Source: a virus
Taxonomy: Duplodnaviria > Heunggongvirae > Uroviricota > Caudoviricetes
DNA length: 7,024 nucleotides
IMG/VR virus record: IMGVR_UViG_2547132272_000021
Span: 1 to 7,024 of that record
Reading direction: 5' to 3' (one strand)
A program made the translations under genes and the position numbers. Shown here piece after piece: positions 5,067 through 7,024 of the stretch. Numbering within the stretch: the first letter of the stretch is position 1; each line of letters starts with the position of its first letter. Under the pieces are notes generated by a model. That model worked only from the letters and a program-made list of their open reading frames with translations. It did no database searches and had not been told where the DNA came from.

Positions 5067-6854
5067 ATGAGTAATAAGTTAAGCACGGAAATACTGATAA
5101 ATCTTACGGGAAATCTTACCGCTAAAGCACGACAGTACGGCGCAAATATGTCGCAGTTCGCCCGTAACCATCAGAAGGCAATGCGACTGGTCAAGGCCAC
5201 AACTGAATCCGCCACGCGTGGCCTTGATATGCTGGGTAATCGTTACACAGCGATGATTGCAGGTTTTGCAGGTAGCGCCATGATGCGTGAGTTTGCACAG
5301 GTTGATCGCCGGATGACCCGTATTGGTATTGCCGCAGAAAAGACGCGCGACGAAATGGCACAGATGCTGAATGGTATTCAGGACACCGCCATCAAATTTA
5401 AGGTTGATGACAGTGAACTGATAAGCGCGGTGGAAAAAGTTGGCACAATAACAGGCGAGATTGAGTTTGGCATCAAGAATAAGGATGTTATGGCGGCCTC
5501 CATCGCGGCTTCAGGAAGTGAAGGCGAGTTCATTGGCTCGCTGTTTTCCCTGTTTACGAAGTTTGGCATTAAGAATGAAGACGACTCACTGAAGGCCATG
5601 GACACCCTGAACCTGCTGGGGAAGGAAGGTGCCTATGAATTGAAAGACTTTGCAGAAAAATCCACCCGCGGGATGTCGCTGTATGCCGCTGCAGGTGGAC
5701 GGGGCGTAAAGGGTGTCAAGGAGTTTGGTGTTGTAATGGAATCTGCTGTGGATGCCACCGGGAACCGTGATACAGCAGCCACAACGGTGGAAAATTTCAT
5801 AAAAGATTTGCAGAACCCGAAAGTCGTCAAAACGCTTAAGCATAATGGCATTAACGTATTCGATAGCGAAGGCCATATGCGTTCACTGCCCGTTCTTCTT
5901 CAGGAGATTGCCACCCGCTCGGGAAGCAAAGGCTCGGAAATACAATCCAAACGACTGGATGAAGCCGGATTTCTTGATGACGCAAAAATGTTAATCAAAT
6001 CGGTAACGTCCGGTAAAGGCGCAGAAAACCTGCAACGCTATATGAAAGTCGTCGGTGATGGAAAAGGCATCATGAAGGATGCCGCATATGCCGCACAGGA
6101 CTTTACGTCTTCCATGCAGGCGCTGGAAACCAGCTGGAAAAAATTCTCTCATAACCAACTGGCAAAACCTGTTCAGGAACTGGCTGATGCCATTAACAGT
6201 GTCGACCAGAACACTGTCCAGAACTGGCTACAGGTTGCCAAATACATGGCGATTGCTGTGGGCGGCATTATCGCCGTGCGTAAGACGTACAAGCTCGGTA
6301 AAACCATCCACGACATCATGAATCCCAAAGAGAAAGGCAAAGGGATACCCGGCAGTATTACGGATGTTTTCGGTTCTGGCGTGATGCCAGTGTATGTGGT
6401 CAATATGGGCAGCGGTGGGATGAATGGTAATACCAGTGGTTTGCCGGATGCGCCGGATTCATCACGCAATCCCCGTGGACCAAAGACGCCAACACTGGTT
6501 ACACCACAAACGGTATCAGGATTTAATCTCCTTGACATGGCGCTATCTGCTTTCCCCAAAAATAAAGAGGAAGCTGACGCGTTAATCGCACGGGTTCAGG
6601 AAAACAACAACCGCCCGACGGTATGGACGGATATTAAGAACTGGTTTAACTCTCTGGAGAAAAAGAACATCGCCGCTCCATCTCCGTGGGATGTCCTGCA
6701 ATCCACACAGAACGCGCCATTCGTACCACAGCAATTGCAGGGAGAAATCCGTGTGGTGGTGGAAGGTGATGCACGCGTGAAAAGCGTCAGAGTGGATCAA
6801 CCTGGCGTCAGACTTAGTGCTCAGGCAGGGGTTACCAGTGTAGAACAAAGTTAA
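5067..6854 (+). CDS. Tail tape-measure-like protein (TP901/PhageMin_Tail-type core; 595 aa)
   Basis: The central region (FAQVDRRMTRIGIAAEKTRDEM...AASIAASGSEGEFIGSLFSLFTKFGI...NLLGKEGAYELKDFA...GINVFDSEGHMRSLPVLLQEIA) looks like tape-measure core repeats. The C-terminal part has a hydrophobic segment (YMAIAVGGIIAV) and a Gly-rich stretch. I chose the ATG at 5067 because GGGGA lies 6 nt upstream, whereas the TTG at 5004 would overlap the capsid gene and the terminator. Confidence 0.7.
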   Translation: MSNKLSTEILINLTGNLTAKARQYGANMSQFARNHQKAMRLVKATTESATRGLDMLGNRYTAMIAGFAGSAMMREFAQVDRRMTRIGIAAEKTRDEMAQMLNGIQDTAIKFKVDDSELISAVEKVGTITGEIEFGIKNKDVMAASIAASGSEGEFIGSLFSLFTKFGIKNEDDSLKAMDTLNLLGKEGAYELKDFAEKSTRGMSLYAAAGGRGVKGVKEFGVVMESAVDATGNRDTAATTVENFIKDLQNPKVVKTLKHNGINVFDSEGHMRSLPVLLQEIATRSGSKGSEIQSKRLDEAGFLDDAKMLIKSVTSGKGAENLQRYMKVVGDGKGIMKDAAYAAQDFTSSMQALETSWKKFSHNQLAKPVQELADAINSVDQNTVQNWLQVAKYMAIAVGGIIAVRKTYKLGKTIHDIMNPKEKGKGIPGSITDVFGSGVMPVYVVNMGSGGMNGNTSGLPDAPDSSRNPRGPKTPTLVTPQTVSGFNLLDMALSAFPKNKEEADALIARVQENNNRPTVWTDIKNWFNSLEKKNIAAPSPWDVLQSTQNAPFVPQQLQGEIRVVVEGDARVKSVRVDQPGVRLSAQAGVTSVEQS

Positions 6855-6856
6855 AT

Positions 6857-6887
6857 ATATGCTGTATATCACAAAATAGCAGCATAT
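6857..6887. repeat. Inverted repeat ATATGCTG-N15-CAGCATAT after the last gene, containing a possible degenerate third MuA-type site
   Basis: It has 8-bp perfect arms. The loop and right arm (6865-6886, TATATCACAAAATAGCAGCATA) share TCACAAAA with the R1/R2-like sites but match only about 10 of 19 consensus positions. The orientation is opposite to R1/R2. Confidence 0.25.
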
Positions 6888-6931
6888 TAATTCAATGCGT
6901 CCGATTTTTTATTCGGTGGTGTTTTGTTTTT

Positions 6932-6953
6932 TTTTCGCGCTTTTTGTGAGATG
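6932..6953 (-). repeat. MuA-type end-binding site, R2-like
   Basis: The minus strand reads CATCTCACAAAAAGCGCGAAAA, about 15 of 19 consensus positions. It directly abuts the R1-like site in the same orientation. The two 22-mers are 20/22 identical. Confidence 0.75.
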
Positions 6954-6975
6954 CTTTCGCGCTTTTTGTGAAACG
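6954..6975 (-). repeat. MuA-type end-binding site, R1-like
   Basis: The minus strand reads CGTTTCACAAAAAGCGCGAAAG, 17 of 19 consensus positions. It occupies nt 6-27 from the CA terminus, exactly mirroring the L1-like site at the other end. Confidence 0.85.
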
Positions 6976-6980
6976 CCTCA

Positions 6981-6985
6981 TCCAG
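6981..6985. repeat. Target-site duplication, right copy (TCCAG)
   Basis: It is identical to 78-82 and directly abuts the CA-3' terminus. Confidence 0.85.
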
Positions 6986-7024
6986 GCCAGTACACAGGAA
7001 GGCAGGAGGCTGGCAGCAAACAGA
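6981..7024 (-). pseudogene. Proximal part of the interrupted host ORF (signal-peptide-like segment)
   Basis: The minus-strand frame reads LFAASLLPSCVLAW. In the present state it runs on into the element end (MRRFTKSAKASHKKREKKTKHHRIKNRTH) and stops at the TGA complementary to 6892-6894. In the reconstructed empty site it continues as NTPGEDFSGELKLEG... Confidence 0.6.

Larger units (their letters stand above)
83..6980 (+). mobile_element. Complete Mu-type transposable element lacking transposase genes (mini-Mu-like, candidate phage satellite)
   Basis: The evidence is TG...CA termini, a 5-bp TSD, MuA-type 22-bp end-binding repeats starting at nt 6 from each terminus, and restoration of the host frame on in-silico excision. 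The interior encodes Mu-like gp27, Mor/C, gpI and gpT homologs. No ORF of 60 aa or more could be a DDE transposase, MuB, integrase, TerL or portal. Confidence 0.85.

Noticed and set aside
2136-6872. Antisense or alternative-frame ORFs inside the large genes (2136-2414, 2357-2566, 2694-3086, 3108-3449, 3113-3430, 3858-4079, 5378-5605, 5586-5876, 5633-5851, 6079-6321, 6173-6559, 6582-6872)
   Set aside because: All are fully nested in, or largely overlap, plus-strand genes that have recognisable homology. Their compositions look like shadow ORFs.
6932-6976. Alternative reading of the 22-bp tandem repeats as the left end of a separate Mu-like prophage extending rightwards, with a TG terminus near 6920-6926
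   Set aside because: The site is quasi-palindromic, so orientation alone is ambiguous. However, the CA at 6979-6980 puts the outer site at nt 6-27 exactly as at the left end. The TCCAG duplication and the restored host frame only work if the element lies to the left.
83-6980. Initial interpretation as a P4-like or PICI-like integrase-type satellite, because of the Icd-like/C4-like immunity module
   Set aside because: There is no integrase, AlpA, primase/alpha, sid/psu/delta or att-type direct repeats. The boundaries are instead TG/CA with a 5-bp TSD and MuA-type sites. Only the immunity module is P1/P4-like.
6889-7024. Two minus-strand frames open from the right window edge to stops near 6889-6894, looking like the 3' end of a basic-tailed protein
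   Set aside because: One frame is the interrupted host ORF reading into the A-rich complement of the element end. The other is an incidental open frame. The 22-bp repeat period is not a multiple of three, so the repeats do not encode a protein repeat.
1-7024. tRNA/tmRNA genes, CRISPR arrays or rRNA
   Set aside because: I saw no cloverleaf-capable tRNA-like segment other than the C4/CI-like RNA, and no regularly spaced repeat-spacer array.

Overview
The window holds one complete 6,898-bp insertion (83-6980) inside a host ORF, and the insertion has the hallmarks of phage Mu-type transposition. Its termini are 5'-TG (83-84) and CA-3' (6979-6980). It is flanked by a perfect 5-bp direct duplication, TCCAG (78-82 and 6981-6985). 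Removing the insertion plus one TCCAG copy rejoins the two flanks into a single continuous minus-strand reading frame. Both ends carry 22-bp repeats matching the MuA end-binding consensus as I recall it (TGNTTCAYTNNAARYRCGAAAR). The left end has sites at 88-109, 216-237 and 257-278. The right end has a tandem pair at 6954-6975 and 6932-6953.

Between the ends are eight credible plus-strand genes in three blocks:
- A P1/P4-style immunity block: a roughly 76-nt C4/CI-like antisense RNA, an Icd-like gene, an unknown 134-aa ORF and a Mu gp27/DUF3486-like small-terminase-like gene.
- Two tandem Mor/C-family activator paralogs.
- A Mu gpI-like protease/scaffold, a Mu gpT-like major capsid protein and a 595-aa tape-measure-like protein.

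The element encodes no MuA/MuB transposase, integrase, large terminase, portal, tail tube/sheath/baseplate or lysis gene. My reading is a natural, non-autonomous mini-Mu-like element. It is a candidate satellite of a Mu-like transposable phage that supplies its own capsid shell, regulators and immunity, and would need a helper for transposition, DNA packaging and tails.

All homology calls come from reading the translated ORFs against remembered family signatures. No searches or computations were run.
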